In this document: in pieces, positions 1 to 13,666 of the stretch
Position numbering within the stretch: position 1 is the stretch's first letter
Layout of the letters: the number at the start of each line of letters is the position of its first letter
Origin: Octopus sinensis
Lineage: Eukaryota
NCBI RefSeq assembly: GCF_006345805.1
Contig: NC_043003.1
Coordinates: forward strand, 102,424,001-102,488,000
Direction of reading: 5' to 3'
Length of the DNA: 64,000 nucleotides
The notes under the pieces: model-generated
The model's input: only the letters and a program-made list of their open reading frames with translations
What the model was told of the DNA's origin: nothing
The model's database searches: none
Program-made: the position numbers and the translations under genes

Positions 1-177
1 TTGGATTTGTTGGTAGCTTGTAGTGTTGTGGAGGAAGCATTGGTGGGGCTCTGTTGGTGGTTTCTAGTGTTGATGTTTGGTGCTGGCAGATGGTAATAAA
101 GTCTGTTGTAATGATGATGTTGCTGTTGGTGGTGGTGGTGGTGGTAGTAGTGGTGGTGATAGTGTTGGTATTGAAAT

Positions 178-210
<33 letters not shown>

Positions 211-1121
211 GGACAGAGAGACAGAGAAAGAGAGACTGACAGATAGATAGATAATGAGAGAGAAGAGAGAGAGAGAGAGAGAGATGGTAGCATATATAAA
301 TGTATGTATGTATGTATGTGTGTGTAGTTGGGGAGCAGTACTTGTCAAGCCTGTTATTCTGCTACAATCGCGTTCTGTTGTTTGTGATTAACTGAAGACA
401 TTATTGAACATTTCCAATTTAAAGTGGGTTGATGAGTGAATATGGGGGAGGGGTGAGTGATAGTGATTTTAGCAACAACAGTAATGTCAACAGTGTGTGT
501 TACTGTTGTTATTGTTGTTGTTGCAGTGGTGGTTGTGATGGTGATGTCAGTGATGTCATTACAAGGAGAGGCTTGACAATAAAACAAGAAAATAGACAAG
601 TAAATTTTATCTTGATGTAATCTATATTCTGTGAAGATTTTTACATAAATCTATTCCACTCCATAACCATTTACCAGCTAATTAATTTGTATATTTTGTT
701 AATAATTTAATAAATTACTTTAGATATACAGTTGGTGATAGATTTAGTCTCTCTTATTTTGTTTTGGAATTTCATTCTGCAGTTATCAGCAAAAAAATCT
801 GCATCATCCTCTGCCATCACCCTCTGTCATCATCATCATCGTTGTTGTCATTGTCATTGTTGTTATTGTCATCATCATCAGCAGCATCGTTTTAGTGTCT
901 GCTATTCTATGCTCAGATGAATCAGATGGAATTTTTTGGGGCAGATGTTTTTTTTTTCTTATAACTGGATGCCCTTCCACTTGCTAACACTCACCTGTTA
1001 CCAAGCTAGGTAATATTTCCCAATGACCAGACACATTTTTTAATAGAAATTAGCAGGCAGTACTTGTACGACAAATGACTATTGTTCTGTGTCAAGACAA
1101 GAAGACATACACATACATATG

Positions 1122-1167
<46 letters not shown>

Positions 1168-1266
1168 TAAATGTGTGTGTGTATATATACATATATACTA
1201 TGATAAATGTAAAAAATTAATGTTTGTTTTAGAAGCATTGAAATGTGTATTGTGAGATACAAATGC

Positions 1267-1516
1267 GATGACAATTTATTTTCAAATGCATAAACGTTGA
1301 TAGAACCACACAGAGTGGATAAAATATCCATACAAAGCAGAAAAATTTGTCAGCAACCAGCCACGAGACTCAAACTCACATCCCTTTGATTACAGGTCAA
1401 GTGCTTTACCAATTAAGCTAAACTACCCACTGACAAATTAATCCGCTTTGTATGGATACCTGATCCACTCTTTGCTGTTCTATCAGCACTTTCGTGTTTG
1501 AAAATAAATTATCATC
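1267..1516. mobile_element. Foldback/MITE-like element: ~87-bp inverted arms enclosing a tRNA-like sequence
   Basis: Left arm 1267-1353 (..aatttattttcaaa..gatagaac..agagtggat..tatccatacaaagc..aatttgtcag) is the imperfect reverse complement of 1430-1516 (ctgacaaatt..gctttgtatggata..atccactct..gttctatc..tttgaaaataaatt). Confidence 0.8.
1354..1429 (-). pseudogene. Degenerate tRNA-like sequence (Thr UGU-like anticodon loop)
   Basis: Minus strand: D-arm GCTT-AATTGGTA-AAGC, anticodon arm TTGA-CCTGTAA-TCAA, T-arm GTGAG-TTTGAGT-CTCGT. Acceptor stem is poorly paired, position 33 is C, and the T-loop shows C>T decay, so it is not a functional tRNA. Confidence 0.65.
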
Positions 1517-1872
1517 TTATATATATGTGTATGTGTGTGTGTGTGTGTGTGTGTGTTTGTGTTTGTGTGTGTGCATATGTGCATATATATATATATATAT
1601 ATATCAAAGTAAGCACACAGATGTGAAACAAGGTGCAAAAAACATTAGTACTAGAATATCGATATAGAGTAATATGCTTTATTATTAAAGCTGAAAAAAA
1701 TATCACAAAAGTATCAAAAAAATCTGCTACTCAGAGTTTCATGTTCCCGTTCGTTGGACAGTTTAGATACACATATATACACATATACATATATATAAAC
1801 ATATATACACACATATATACACATATATATGTATATATACATATAAATATACACACACACATATATACACAT

Positions 1873-2165
1873 ATCCAAAGTTAGGGAGTGGAGTAGTTAA
1901 GATCCAAACTACATATGTTTCATAGCTAGCAGAACCTTAAATGTAGTAATTATCTAAACAAGGGGTAATCCACTAGCTACTCGAATCATCTGTGAGTCAA
2001 CATGGGATCCCTTGACAACAAACTTCTTTTGATTAAGGTATATTTGGCCCAATGAGTAGCTAGCACAGATTACCCCTCGTTTGGATAATTACTACATCTA
2101 AGGTTGTTCTAGCTATGAAACATATGTAGCCTAGACCTTATCTATTCCATTTCCTAACTTTGGAT
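1873..2165. mobile_element. MITE/foldback with ~110-bp imperfect terminal inverted repeats
   Basis: atccaaagttaggg..ctacatatgtttcatagctag..gtagtaattatc..ggggtaatc..tagctactc is mirrored by gagtagcta..gattacccc..gataattactac..ctagctatgaaacatatgtag..cctaactttggat. Confidence 0.8.
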
Positions 2166-2324
2166 TTTGATACAGGAAAAACTTACAACCTTCTACATCA
2201 ATAGACTATTACTGTTCCTGAAAGTTGTTTTTTATACCTTCTACGAACTGCTTGAAGCTTACTATTTTCCTACACCTTGATCCTTGGATCTTACCTTTAC
2301 TTACATACACACACACACGCACAA

Positions 2325-2356
<32 letters not shown>

Positions 2357-4661
2357 CACACACACACACACACAGACACATGTACACATACACATATATA
2401 TACAGTGGAAACTTGGTTTATGAATTTAATTCTTTCCTGAAGGTCATTTGTCATCCAAAATGTTTGTAAACCAAAACTATTTTTCCTATAGGAAATTCAA
2501 GAGAAGACATGGAGAATTCCATCTGGAGTATGCACTGAGTGAAAGCTAGGCAGCAACTCACACTCACCTGTTGATACCCCTATCTTGTTGCCAACCTCTT
2601 TTACCAGCTTCGATGTTCATCACTTGAGACACCATTCATCATCCCAGATGTTTTATGTTCAAAAAATCGTTCACAAACTGAGATTCCACTATATATGTAT
2701 ATATGAAGCAAAAGCTGAATGCTCATATGTCATCTTCAACGGGAGAGTCCATCAGTCCAAGGTGCTCTGCAGTGGGACTGGACCTGAAACCATGTGGTTG
2801 GAAACCAAACTTATAAAGCACACAGTTCTGACTACACTTATTCAAAGAAATACTGTGAGATTTTTAGATTCCTGATAGAGTTATTTCATTTTGCTTACAT
2901 TGTTAATGCCTTTAGGAAAGGCATACTCTTCACAACATCATTTCTTCCTTCTGTGTCACAAATCAATAAGGTTAATTGTCCAGTGACAGGATATTTATGA
3001 TTATGAATAGTCAGGCAATTAACTCTATTTATTGCATTTGCATGAGATGAATGAAATATTGATTGATTAAGTCCAGTAATTTAAACATTTGTTAACACAA
3101 TAAAAAGATCATCATCATCATCATCATCATTGCCTTAACATCTGCATTGCTATACAGGCATGGACTGAATGAGTCTGCAAGACAGCAAATTGCTTATTGT
3201 TTTGATTATGTGTCATTTTGTTGGTGGAGCCCTGCAGTTTGAGATCTTATCATAGAGACATTGTCACATGTTTTGTTCCTGTCATAGGAAACTTCAGTTG
3301 GAAATACATAATCTTGTTGAGAATATGTGAACACATTGATGATTCAGTGCCTATGATATACTAGAGCCCCCATCAGGGCCAACAAGGAGTCCCTCAGATC
3401 AAAGATCACCCTGACCACCAAAGATACAAGCCCTTTCCAAGCTGTTGTTCTTCAATCTACAGGCAGATGCTTAGAGTAATTCCATTCATCCTAACCATTT
3501 TTGTCAAAGTCTAATTTTGACAAATTTGCAGAGGAAGAGCACTTCCCTTTCCACTTTCATTCATTTTTTTAAGTGAACTTGAAAAAGTTGATGAGAGCTT
3601 GACAGAAGGAGAAAGTGTCAGTCAATTCTTTTAGCACACAACCTTTATTGCCATCACTATTAGACAAAGACACACCACCTGCCCTGCCTTGTTAGGGCTG
3701 GGTTTTGAACTGATTCTCACAACAGACATACTTGATAGCCAATTTCATCCTACATGTGACATCTGTTCAACATAACTCCACAAGCGAGCAACACTCTGAC
3801 TGATGAGTATGTGTTGTACAGTTTCATTACTTTGTGCACATCTCGGTCTTACCCGATGGCCCTTCTATGCCTGTAAGAATTTGCCATGAACCAGTAGTGC
3901 CTTTTTAGCATTGAAAGGCTTAGGTTGCCTGGAAATCATCTCTTTGTCCTTGTTGACACCAAGAGTACAGAACTAAGTACATAATTGCTAATCCAGTTTC
4001 TGTAGTCTTTTTGTGTTGGGAAAGACACATTAAACTTTCGATTGAAGGGTTCCTGTTTATGACTGTGCCAATCATAAATTTGTGGCCTGTGCAGCCAACC
4101 AGTTTAAAATGTCAACACCCTACACTATCTCTATCAGGTAATGTAATGAACACTCTATCTAGATGATAGATCTGGATGACCCCTTGTGTTTGTTCCATGT
4201 CCAGACTAGCACATTCAGGAAAGCCAGTCTTTATGTTCTGGATTTATGACTGGTATACTTAGTACTTTGCTAGGATTAACACCACCACCAGATTTTTGGA
4301 CATCTTTAGCAGAGTTTATCTGTTGTAAACATCTGGGTTAGTTCTTAGATTTTCTTAAAAGATAGATGATCATGGAGGTTGAACTTTACTTTTTGACTAA
4401 TTGGTAAAAAACAAACTAAGAGAACCCCATCAATCACATCATGTTAAAGAGTTTTTAAAAAATGATTGATAGAATAACAATGGTTAAAAGTGATTTTTTA
4501 AATTAATTTTGATAATGATAATGATGATTATGAATAGTGAATGCATGTTATAGATGAGGTCATGAATAGTGATGAAAGAACTCTGATGAACCTAGCTGAC
4601 TGATTGATTCACTGAACAAGTAATCAAATAAACAATTAGTTAATTGGTTACATGGTTTGAC

Positions 4662-4708
<47 letters not shown>

Positions 4709-5424
4709 TAATAATAATAATCATAAAAGTGAAATAAAATCAGTGCATGTGTTTCTTATTGGTATAATGACCCTCCCAAGATACAACAAAATCTGTCTCA
4801 ACACACATTTCACAACAAGAATCTTGTAAAACCAAATACAAAAATGAATTAAAATAAGTCGTATTTAATTAATAAAATCTAAGTAGAAAAAAAAAACAAG
4901 ACAGAAATCTTAAATATTTTAAATGATTGCCTTTAAAAAAATAATACTAAAATGAATAGGAGAAATAAAATTTAAGAAGAGGTATTTAAGTTCTATAACA
5001 ATCTCCTTGATAACTATTAAGTAATTATCTTGCTCTCCAAGAACCTACTCATTCCTACTGTTAAGTATTTGAGCAATTTCAGAACTAGCTTTGATAAAGT
5101 AATAATGTTACAAGGTTATACAGAAGAGAGAAAAAGAATGAACACAGCCTGTACGTTCACTCAGCTGTGACTACAGCAGTGGTCTAAGAATAACAGTCAG
5201 TAGCAACAACAGCTTAATAATAATTATGCACGGATGTGTGTATAGCATGTGTTGTGGTGTGTGAGTGTGCATGTGTGTGCATGTGTGTATCTATCTACAC
5301 ACACACACACACACACAATCATACATACATACATACATACATATATATTTATATATTTATATATATGTATGTATATAGGATGTACACATTATACACAACC
5401 TACATATTTAACTGTTATTGCTGC

Positions 5425-5493
<69 letters not shown>

Positions 5494-5498
5494 CATAC

Positions 5499-5530
<32 letters not shown>

Positions 5531-6048
5531 CACACACACACACATATATATATATATATGGCTGTGTGATAGAGAAGTTAGCTTTAATTTCAGGTTTTAG
5601 GTTCAGTCCCATACATTGGCACTTTGGGCAAGCGTCTTGTACAATAGTCTTGGGCTCACCAACAGCTTATGAGTGAATTTGGTAGCCACAAAATGAAAGT
5701 ATCTCATCACACACACACACACACACACACACACAAAGAAACTCATGAATCTGAATGCATATGTGTATGGAAATACATATTGAAACAGGAAGGTAGACAT
5801 GTTGATGTATTTCTTTTGTTTTCTATGTCTTAACTTACACTTCTCCATGCTTGCAAGGTTGGACAATGTTTATGGAAAAAGATTTTTCTATGGCCAAATA
5901 CCATTCCTGTCACCAAACCTCTCCTGTTTCCTAATTAAGGTAGTATTTCCCAATGGCCATGTTTGCACAAAATATCGGAAATGAAAAAAACGAATGACAA
6001 AGCTTGTATGTCAGTGACACTCATTTACAACTATTATGCAATGCAAAA

Positions 6049-6083
<35 letters not shown>

Positions 6084-6176
6084 CACACATGTACACACAT
6101 GTACACACATATACATGCATATATATATATATATATATACATATATACGTATATACATACATACATATATATAGCA

Positions 6177-6465
6177 TCATCATCATCATCATCATCATCG
6201 TTTAACGTCCGTTTTCTGCGCTAGCACGGGTTGGACGGCTGCCCCAGGCTCCAGTCTGGTCTGGCAGTGTTTCTACAGCTGGATGCCCTTCCTAACGCCA
6301 ACCACTCCGTGAGTGTAGTGGGTGCTTTTTACGTGCCACCTGCACAAGTGCCAGAGGGGTCTGGCATCGGCCACGGTCGGTTGGTGCTTTTAACGTGCCA
6401 CCTGCACAGAAGCCAGTCGGGGCGGTGCTGGCATCGGCCACGTTCGGATGGTGCTTTTTATGTGG
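6177..6465 (-). mobile_element. 5'-truncated RTE-type 3' end (or SINE sharing that tail) ending in a (GAT)n tail
   Basis: (CAT)n-cgtttaacgtccg..ctggatgcccttcctaacgccaacc..ggtgcttttacgtgccacc. The same family occurs at 32815, 36317 and 37264, and the repeated ggcacgtaaaagcacc-type motif also follows the RTE ORF remnant near 10 kb. Confidence 0.7.
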
Positions 6466-6864
6466 GTGGGGTGCAGAAATATAGGGGAGCACCAGTGGGG
6501 AGGGGTGGTTCAGAGAAACGATGACAGGTTCTAGGCAAGTAGAACGTAGGATATCACGAGAGGGGTAATGCATGGTGAAATAGCGTATTGAAGAGGGAGG
6601 TTCGAAGAGTAGACACCTATAATGGTGGTGGGAGAAGCGACATCGGGTATAGATGGAGCAAAAATATAGAGATATCCGGTATTGGTGGTGGGGGTGGGGG
6701 TGGGCAGGGCGGGTGCACCGCGAATACTCGAAGGTTGATATAGACGAGAGAGCGAGACTTGGTCGGGCAAAATTAATAGAGGGACGGTGGAGAAATATAT
6801 ATATATATATATACACACACACATACACAGACACACACACAGACACACACACACACACACATAT

Positions 6865-7141
6865 ATGATAGTGTATGAAATATATACAGAGAGAAAAACC
6901 ACCATGTGGATTCTTTACATGCTAAAAATGGCAATCAAAGTCCAAAACCACGAAAAAACATTCTAACATTAAAGCACGCTGCTTTGTACACGAGCAAGAC
7001 ATTTGAGTGAATAAATATTTCAGTTAATCTTACAAGGTTAACTGAAATATTTCTTGTGGCTTGGGGCTTTGACTGCCATTTTTAGGATGTAAGAAATCCA
7101 CATGGTGGTTTTCTCTTTGTGTATATTTTATACACTATTAT
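6865..7141. mobile_element. Foldback MITE with ~90-bp inverted arms and an internal 14-bp hairpin
   Basis: atgatagtgtat..gagaaaaaccaccatgtggatt..taaaaatggca.tcaaag versus ctttga.tgccattttta..aatccacatggtggttttctc..atacactattat; inner aaatatttcagttaa / ttaactgaaatattt at ~7014-7052. Confidence 0.8.
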
Positions 7142-7229
7142 ATTTTAAAATATTTGTCTCTGACTTTTATTATACATGCTAACCACTGCTATAAATTATT
7201 TAATAATTTTTACCCTTGTATTTATAAAG

Positions 7230-7267
<38 letters not shown>

Positions 7268-7556
7268 TCTAAATCTCTCAAAGAGAGATACTCAGTAACA
7301 GTTCTTTAAAGTAACTATATAAACTTATACATGTATATATATATATATGCATACATATATATGATGGGCTTCTTTTAGTTTCTATCAACCAAATCCATTT
7401 ACAACGCTTTGGTTGACCAAGGACAATAGTAGATGGTGCTTACTCAAAGTGCTACATGATGGGACTGAACCCGAAGCCATGTGGTTTTGCAGAAAACGTC
7501 TTAACCACATTGTTGCAAATTTGTGTATTCATGTAGTATGCATGCTTATACTTATA

Positions 7557-7605
<49 letters not shown>

Positions 7606-8095
7606 TGAGTGTTTGTACCTGTGTTAGCATACATACATGTTCATGTGTTGTGTGTGTGTGTGTGTATGTGTGTGTGTGTGTGTCTGAGTGTTTGTACCTG
7701 TGTTAGCATACATACATTTTACATGTGTTGTGTGTGTGTGTTTCTGTTTGTGTGTTAAGATAAAAAGATGGAAAAGCAAACGCCCACCTCCACCTACTAA
7801 CAGCTCATACATCATTTAAACAACACACTGGTGCACATCACGACTTGCACTCTATGGCAGAATTCATGTGGATGAAAATAGTTCCAAATTAATTGCATGC
7901 CGGGATTTCCTGCTCGTAACCTTGCCATCAAATGACAACATCAACAAGTAATAATGCCAGCAACAACAATATTTTTGTTATAAAGATGAGAAAATATTTC
8001 TGACATGGCTGCAAATATTTTAGGAAAACATAACGTGATTTGAAATAAATAAAGCAAAATCCATCAAACAATGAGGATGATGATGATGATGATTT

Positions 8096-8358
8096 CCACC
8101 ACGTGATCAGCGTGACCGACCAGGCTATCAGATGTTGCTACACATCGCTGGTTACAATGCGCTTCGTATTGTTTTAGCCTTCAAATGACGTCACCCCGCT
8201 GGCTAAGCGAGCAGGCCAACAGAAGAAAGAGTGAGAGAAACAGTGGTGAAAGAGTACAGCAGGGATCACCAACACCCACTGCCCGAGCCTTGTGGAGCTT
8301 TAGGTGTGATCCTATGACCGTGAGTCGGCTGCCCTAACCACTGGGCCATTGCGCCTCC
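8096..8358 (-). mobile_element. tRNA(Arg)-like-headed SINE, tail variant 1
   Basis: Reverse complement of the head ggaggcgcaatggcccagtggttagggcagc seen at 39551, 43451 and 49896. Confidence 0.85.
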
Positions 8359-8534
8359 ACGATGATGATAATATGATGATAATAATAATGATAATCGATT
8401 CTAGTCTAGGCACAAGGCCTAAAATTTTGGGGGCAGGGACAAGTTGATTACATTGACTTCTGTGTTTCACTGGTACTTAATTTATTGACCCCAAAAGGAT
8501 AAAAGGCAAATTTTATCAAATTTCTTGTTGCTTA

Positions 8535-9021
8535 CATGAGGTGATGGCAGAAAAGTTCATAGGCTGACCAAGATACTCTCATGGAATGTGATCAAATGAG
8601 GTTCATTTTTCCACATAGACCCCCCCATCCCTATCCTTGCAGTTCACACCCTTCTTCCATTGGTGCTGCAATGCTTGGATCCCCTTGGTGAAGAAGCTTT
8701 CATCCTGTTGGCCAAAACAAGTCAACATCATGTTGCCATGGGGTTGCTACTAATTTGGAAATCATGTCAGCATGCATATCCTTGGAGGATAAACCCTTTT
8801 TCTGTAGGTACTTTGATAACAGCATGATGTCAAATTTTGTCGATTTTCAAGAGAAATCACAACTAGTTACTTTTGAAGTCTTCTTTGGACAATCAGCTGC
8901 CAGTTTACTTGGAGAGAAACAATGCAGTTATTCATAAGAAGAGCTGAAATTAATGTGTGTGGTGTGTGCTGAATTTCACACTCTTTCTTAATCAGCCTAT
9001 GAACTGTTCAACCGACCCTAG
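8535..9021 (-). mobile_element. Internally deleted mariner-like element, TA-flanked
   Basis: Inverted ends share agttcataggctga; TA at 8533-34 and 9022-23; minus-strand SFFTKGIQALQHQWKKGVNCK resembles a mariner transposase C-terminus. Confidence 0.75.
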
Positions 9022-9339
9022 TACAAAATAATGAAATGAATACTTCATTTTCAAAAGAAAAGTATTTATTACCTAAAAGTAAATTAAAGAAAACAATATT
9101 TAAGAAGTAAAAAGAATATATGTAATGAAAACAAAATTATTCTCTATGTTGGTTTTATATTTTGGAAGGCAGACAAATCACAAATCTCTTCAGGTAGATG
9201 GCCTTGCTCGATCTGTAGAAAAGGTGATGGTAGAAACTCTTTAAGAAGCACCCAGTGTAAGCTTTGAACACATAAAAAGTGCAGCAATATCACAGGAAGG
9301 TTAACAGGGAAACTAGCTTTTGTACGTGGAAGATGCACA

Positions 9340-10195
9340 AGTACAATAACTGTTGAAAATGTACAGGAAATAGACTCCAGGGGGCAAGCTTGAGGTAGTA
9401 GGAAACTTCTGTTATCTAGGTGACCGAGTTAGTAACAACAAAGGACCTCTCTTTCAGAGGGAAAGGTAAATTGTTTGATGCCTGTGTGTGAACAGCTATG
9501 CTGCATGGCCTCATTTCTTTCAAACCTATGCATGTTCTCAGCTGTCACAGCCCATGTGAAACATGGGCTGTGACAGCTGAGGACATGCATAGGTTTGAAA
9601 GAAATACTGCCAGTATGCTTTGCTGAATGTGCAATGTCAGTGTGCATATTCGACAGCATCTTGAGAGAAAAGTTAGGCATAAGAGGCATCAGATGTGGTG
9701 TGCAAGAGAGACGAATGTGCTGGTATGGTCATGTGATGTGTATGGACGAGGACAGCTGTGTAAAGAAGTGCCGATCTCTAACTGTGGAGGGAACCTGTGG
9801 TAGAGGTAGACCCAGGAAGATATTAGACGAGCATGATCTTTAAACTTTGAGCCTCACAGAGCAATGACAAGTGACCAAGACCTTTGGTGATGTGCTGTGC
9901 TGGAGAGGACCAGTCAAGCCAAGTGAAATCATAGTCGTGGTAACTGGCACCTGTGCTAGTGGCATGTAAAGAAAACCTTTCAAGTCTTGGGCCTCACAGA
10001 GGCAAAGTGACTGAGTTCCTTTTGAGCATTAGTCCTCATGGAGGCATAGTGGCTGAGTTCCTTTCAAGTGTTGGCATTATGTCGTGCTTGAAAAGAAGAC
10101 CCATCAAGCTAAGCAAAATCACAATCGTGGCAGATACCAGGGTCACACAAATGGCACCCATGTCTGAGGCACATAAAAGCACCCCAGTGTCACAC
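9340..10195 (+). mobile_element. RTE-clade LINE remnant (RT C-terminal region plus 3' UTR)
   Basis: LEVVGNFCYLGD near 9390 and LREKLGIRGIRCGVQERRMCWYGHVMCMDEDSCVKKCRSLTVEGTCGRGRPRK (ORF 9595-9843) are typical RTE C-terminal motifs; the frame is disrupted. Confidence 0.85.
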
Positions 10196-11319
10196 AATGC
10201 TGGTGGTGGTGGTGATGGTGGTGATGGTGGTGATGGTGGTGATGGTCAGGATGATGATGATGATGATGGCTATAATGCTGTTAGTGATTTTTTCCCCCTA
10301 TTTTTGTTTATCTTGCTGAAAAGACAGACACCATTTGTCATTCTTCATAAGGCAATAAAATAAAGTTTAAATTTGTAAATCTAGTCATCTTATGTTAGCA
10401 CAGACTAATGGATGGAATATTGTATTAGAGAAACACCCCCACCAAAAAAAGGAAAAACTAAACAAAAACAAAAGGCCATAAAAGTAATGTTATTATGAAT
10501 GTAAAAGAACAAAAGCTAAATATTGCTGATGTTATTTTTGTGACTGTTGTAATTTCATTGCTATTTTAACATGCTGTTCCTCTTGTTGTTGTTGTTGTTA
10601 TGCTCTCAATAATATTGAGTCTGTTGTTGTAGTTGTTAAGTCCTTTGCTACAGACATTGTCATTGTTGCTGCTCGTATTAATGCACTGATTGCTCATGAA
10701 ACTGTAAAGACATATTAAATCACTGTTACCCCTCAAGTACCTCTTCCACATGTCACAATATGACTGGCTGTAAGCCCCACAGGGAATATTTAAATCTTTC
10801 TCAAAAGCCAAATTATGCATTGACATGTTTTTTGTTGTCTTTTTATACTGTCTTCCATCCACTTTCCCATTCTTGCATGGAATAGTTTTGATTCTTTGTT
10901 TAATAAGCCATCATTTTTGTTGCTTCAAAGCCATTATAATAATGCCTCATGGAAAAAAAATCAGATAGTAGACTTCTGTTTTATAACAGAATAAAAAAAA
11001 GATCTAAATGAAGAATAGCAATGAAGGTCCAAAAATGGTAAAGTGTTGGACTAATGGTGTTGCAGTCTTTTATTAAAATTCATTGCATTCTCACTTCAAA
11101 TCCTGCAGACATTTTACAGTTCTGTTATCAATTAGTTATAGTTAAGTACCAGACTTGTTAAATTGGTTTAACCAACCATAGTATGTAGGTTAGGGTTAAA
11201 CTGATTTAACAAACCTTTGTGAAAGGGTTGCTTAAATCAATTTTTAAAATCCTTGTACATCAGTTGGAGTGCTAGTAAATTTGTGGTTTTGTCATCAGAA
11301 AAAGTTATAAATTAATACC

Positions 11320-11553
11320 TATTTCTTTACTACCCACAAGGGGCTAAACACAGAGGGGACAAACAAGGACAGACAAACGGATTAAGTTAATTATATCAAC
11401 CCCAGTGCGTAACTGGTACTTAATTTATCGACCCCGAAGGGATGAAAGGCAAAGTCGACCTCGGCGGAATTTGAACTCAGAATGTAACAGCAGACGAAAT
11501 ACAGCTATGCATTTCGCCCAGTGTGCTAACATTTCTGCCAGCTCGTCACCTTA
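11320..11553 (-). mobile_element. tRNA-derived SINE (family with gcctttcatcctttcggggtcgataaattaagtaccagt middle)
   Basis: Near-identical to 58980-59212; further copies at ~48060-48280, 50985-51112 and 54832-55246. Confidence 0.85.
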
Positions 11554-13594
11554 AAATTATAAGTTAAAGTTATAGATTAATATCTTTAACCAAAACAAAG
11601 AGAATATTTGTTAAAATACCCAAAATATTTTACAGTATAATAAATACTTCATATATTCTATTCAAATTCAGCCCTGCTTAAATTCATATTTTCACCTGGG
11701 GTCAATAATCAAGTGCTGGTGATTAATGTATAGAAGTGAAATAACAGAATGGACAATACTTGAATATCTGGGTCATAGGTCATGTGTTTGTATCATGCCA
11801 CAAATGTTCTGTCAGGATTTTTGACAAGAGACTTAATTCTACCTGCCACTGTTTACCTCATATGCTTTATAGGAAAAATTACCAACATTGAACAAATTAT
11901 ACCTTATCTAGAATGATATTTATCTTGTTTGTTTCACATTTCAGATTCTGGATTAGTGCCAGATTATGAAATGCTAAACAAATGAGATAAATCTCCTCCT
12001 AGTATGGTGTTAATTTAATGCTGGTAACTCTTCTTTTATGAGTCTTTAGAAAAATTTAGTTAACCCCATGGAAACCAACCACCTCCTAATTCGCCTGTCA
12101 ATTCAAAAGTGTTCATATTTATATTAAAATCATAACCGAGACTTTTGTATTGCACGAATGATAAACTAACTGAGATCCTATCATCATAGTTTTAATGACC
12201 ACTTTGCCATGCTTGCATGGGTCTGTTGGAATCTGATGAAGCTCATGCTTTTCCTGTCAGCAACCTTCATCTGTTTACAAGCAAAGTGATATTTCTTTGT
12301 GGCTGAACATGTTGCTATGGAAGGCTGGAAACAATGGACACAACTTGTATAAAAGTGACTTGTTTACAACCATTACATAATTTCAAGACAAAGCAGCACA
12401 AATACACACACACACACACACACACAAACACACCCATATGATGGGCTTCTTACTGTTTCTGTTTACCAAATCCAGTCATAAAGCTTAGGCTGACCTGGGG
12501 CTATAATAGATGACACTCACCCAAAGGGCCATTTAGTAGAACTGAACCTGAAACCAATGTGGTTGGGAAGTGAACATTTTAACCATCGACTATGCCTGTG
12601 CCTAAGTAAAAATCCATGATAGCTAGATGCAAGAAACTGCTTTTGATGATATATTCTATATAATGGCTTAATATACAAATAGGTATAAAAATTGCTATTA
12701 GTTTATGAAATACATCCAGTGTTGATTGTTTTGAAAATAATTGAAACACATAAGCTGTCACTTCTTGTTAGAAATATGTTTCTGTAAAGGTTAGTAGGAA
12801 AAGAATGAAGATGAGTAAAAAGATATAATTATTAATGAAATGAAGATGAAAAAAGATGAAATAATATTTTGAAGTATATCAGATACAGCAGGAATAGAGA
12901 AAGAGGAGGAGGACATGGATGTGACACTAGGAGTATGGTGTGCAAGTTGTATGAAATCATGGTGAGAGATACATAATCAGAAGATTGAGTAAAAATTCAT
13001 CACAAATACATGTGGAAAACATTGATGATTAAAGTTTGTTTAATCCGGTTTAATTGATTATAGCAAAAATAAACTCGTTATTTAACAAAATATCGTTGTT
13101 ATTTTTTATGTTTACTGCCAGGACAGTCTTTATTGAGCAGACCTTTTACCAAAGGTATGTCGGATGTTACCGTCCTGTTTTATTTTTCCTAATTAGGACC
13201 ACAATGTGTTCTTCCTTTTATACAATAGTAGCAGGTAATTTGAAGAAAAGTAGCATGTAATTTGAAGAAATTTGGCAGCAATTTCTAACATGTTAAGCTA
13301 GAAGCTCCCTCATAAATCTAACATATATTTAGGGTTTTCATCCTCCTCCTCCTCCTCCTCATCATCATCATAATCATGGTTTTCATCAATACCATTTACA
13401 TACTTTTTCACTCTATTAAATGTTCTCTCTCACCACCATAATATTCTTTTTTACTCCCTGTCTCAATATAGTGAGAGGATATTTTCAGCTTTAGAAGTTT
13501 TAAGCTCTATTATATAGAATTACTAACAATACTTTCCTGTGGTGTAAAAATCTAACATACTGTAAAAAAGGAAGAGTAAAAAAGTGTGTGCGAT

Positions 13595-13666
<72 letters not shown>

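Noticed and set aside
3600-4350. Possible highly degenerate Ty3/gypsy pol on the minus strand (GHKF, FPNTKRLQK, GLA..)
   Set aside because: The motifs appear only if several frameshifts are assumed. It needs a profile-HMM search and is not supportable by eye.
7590-7740. ~80-bp local duplication (ctgagtgtttgtacctgtgttagcatacataca) between (GT)n runs
   Set aside because: This is ordinary microsatellite-mediated slippage.
10566-10862. 98-aa minus-strand ORF
   Set aside because: No recognisable domain, partly low complexity, and no splice support.
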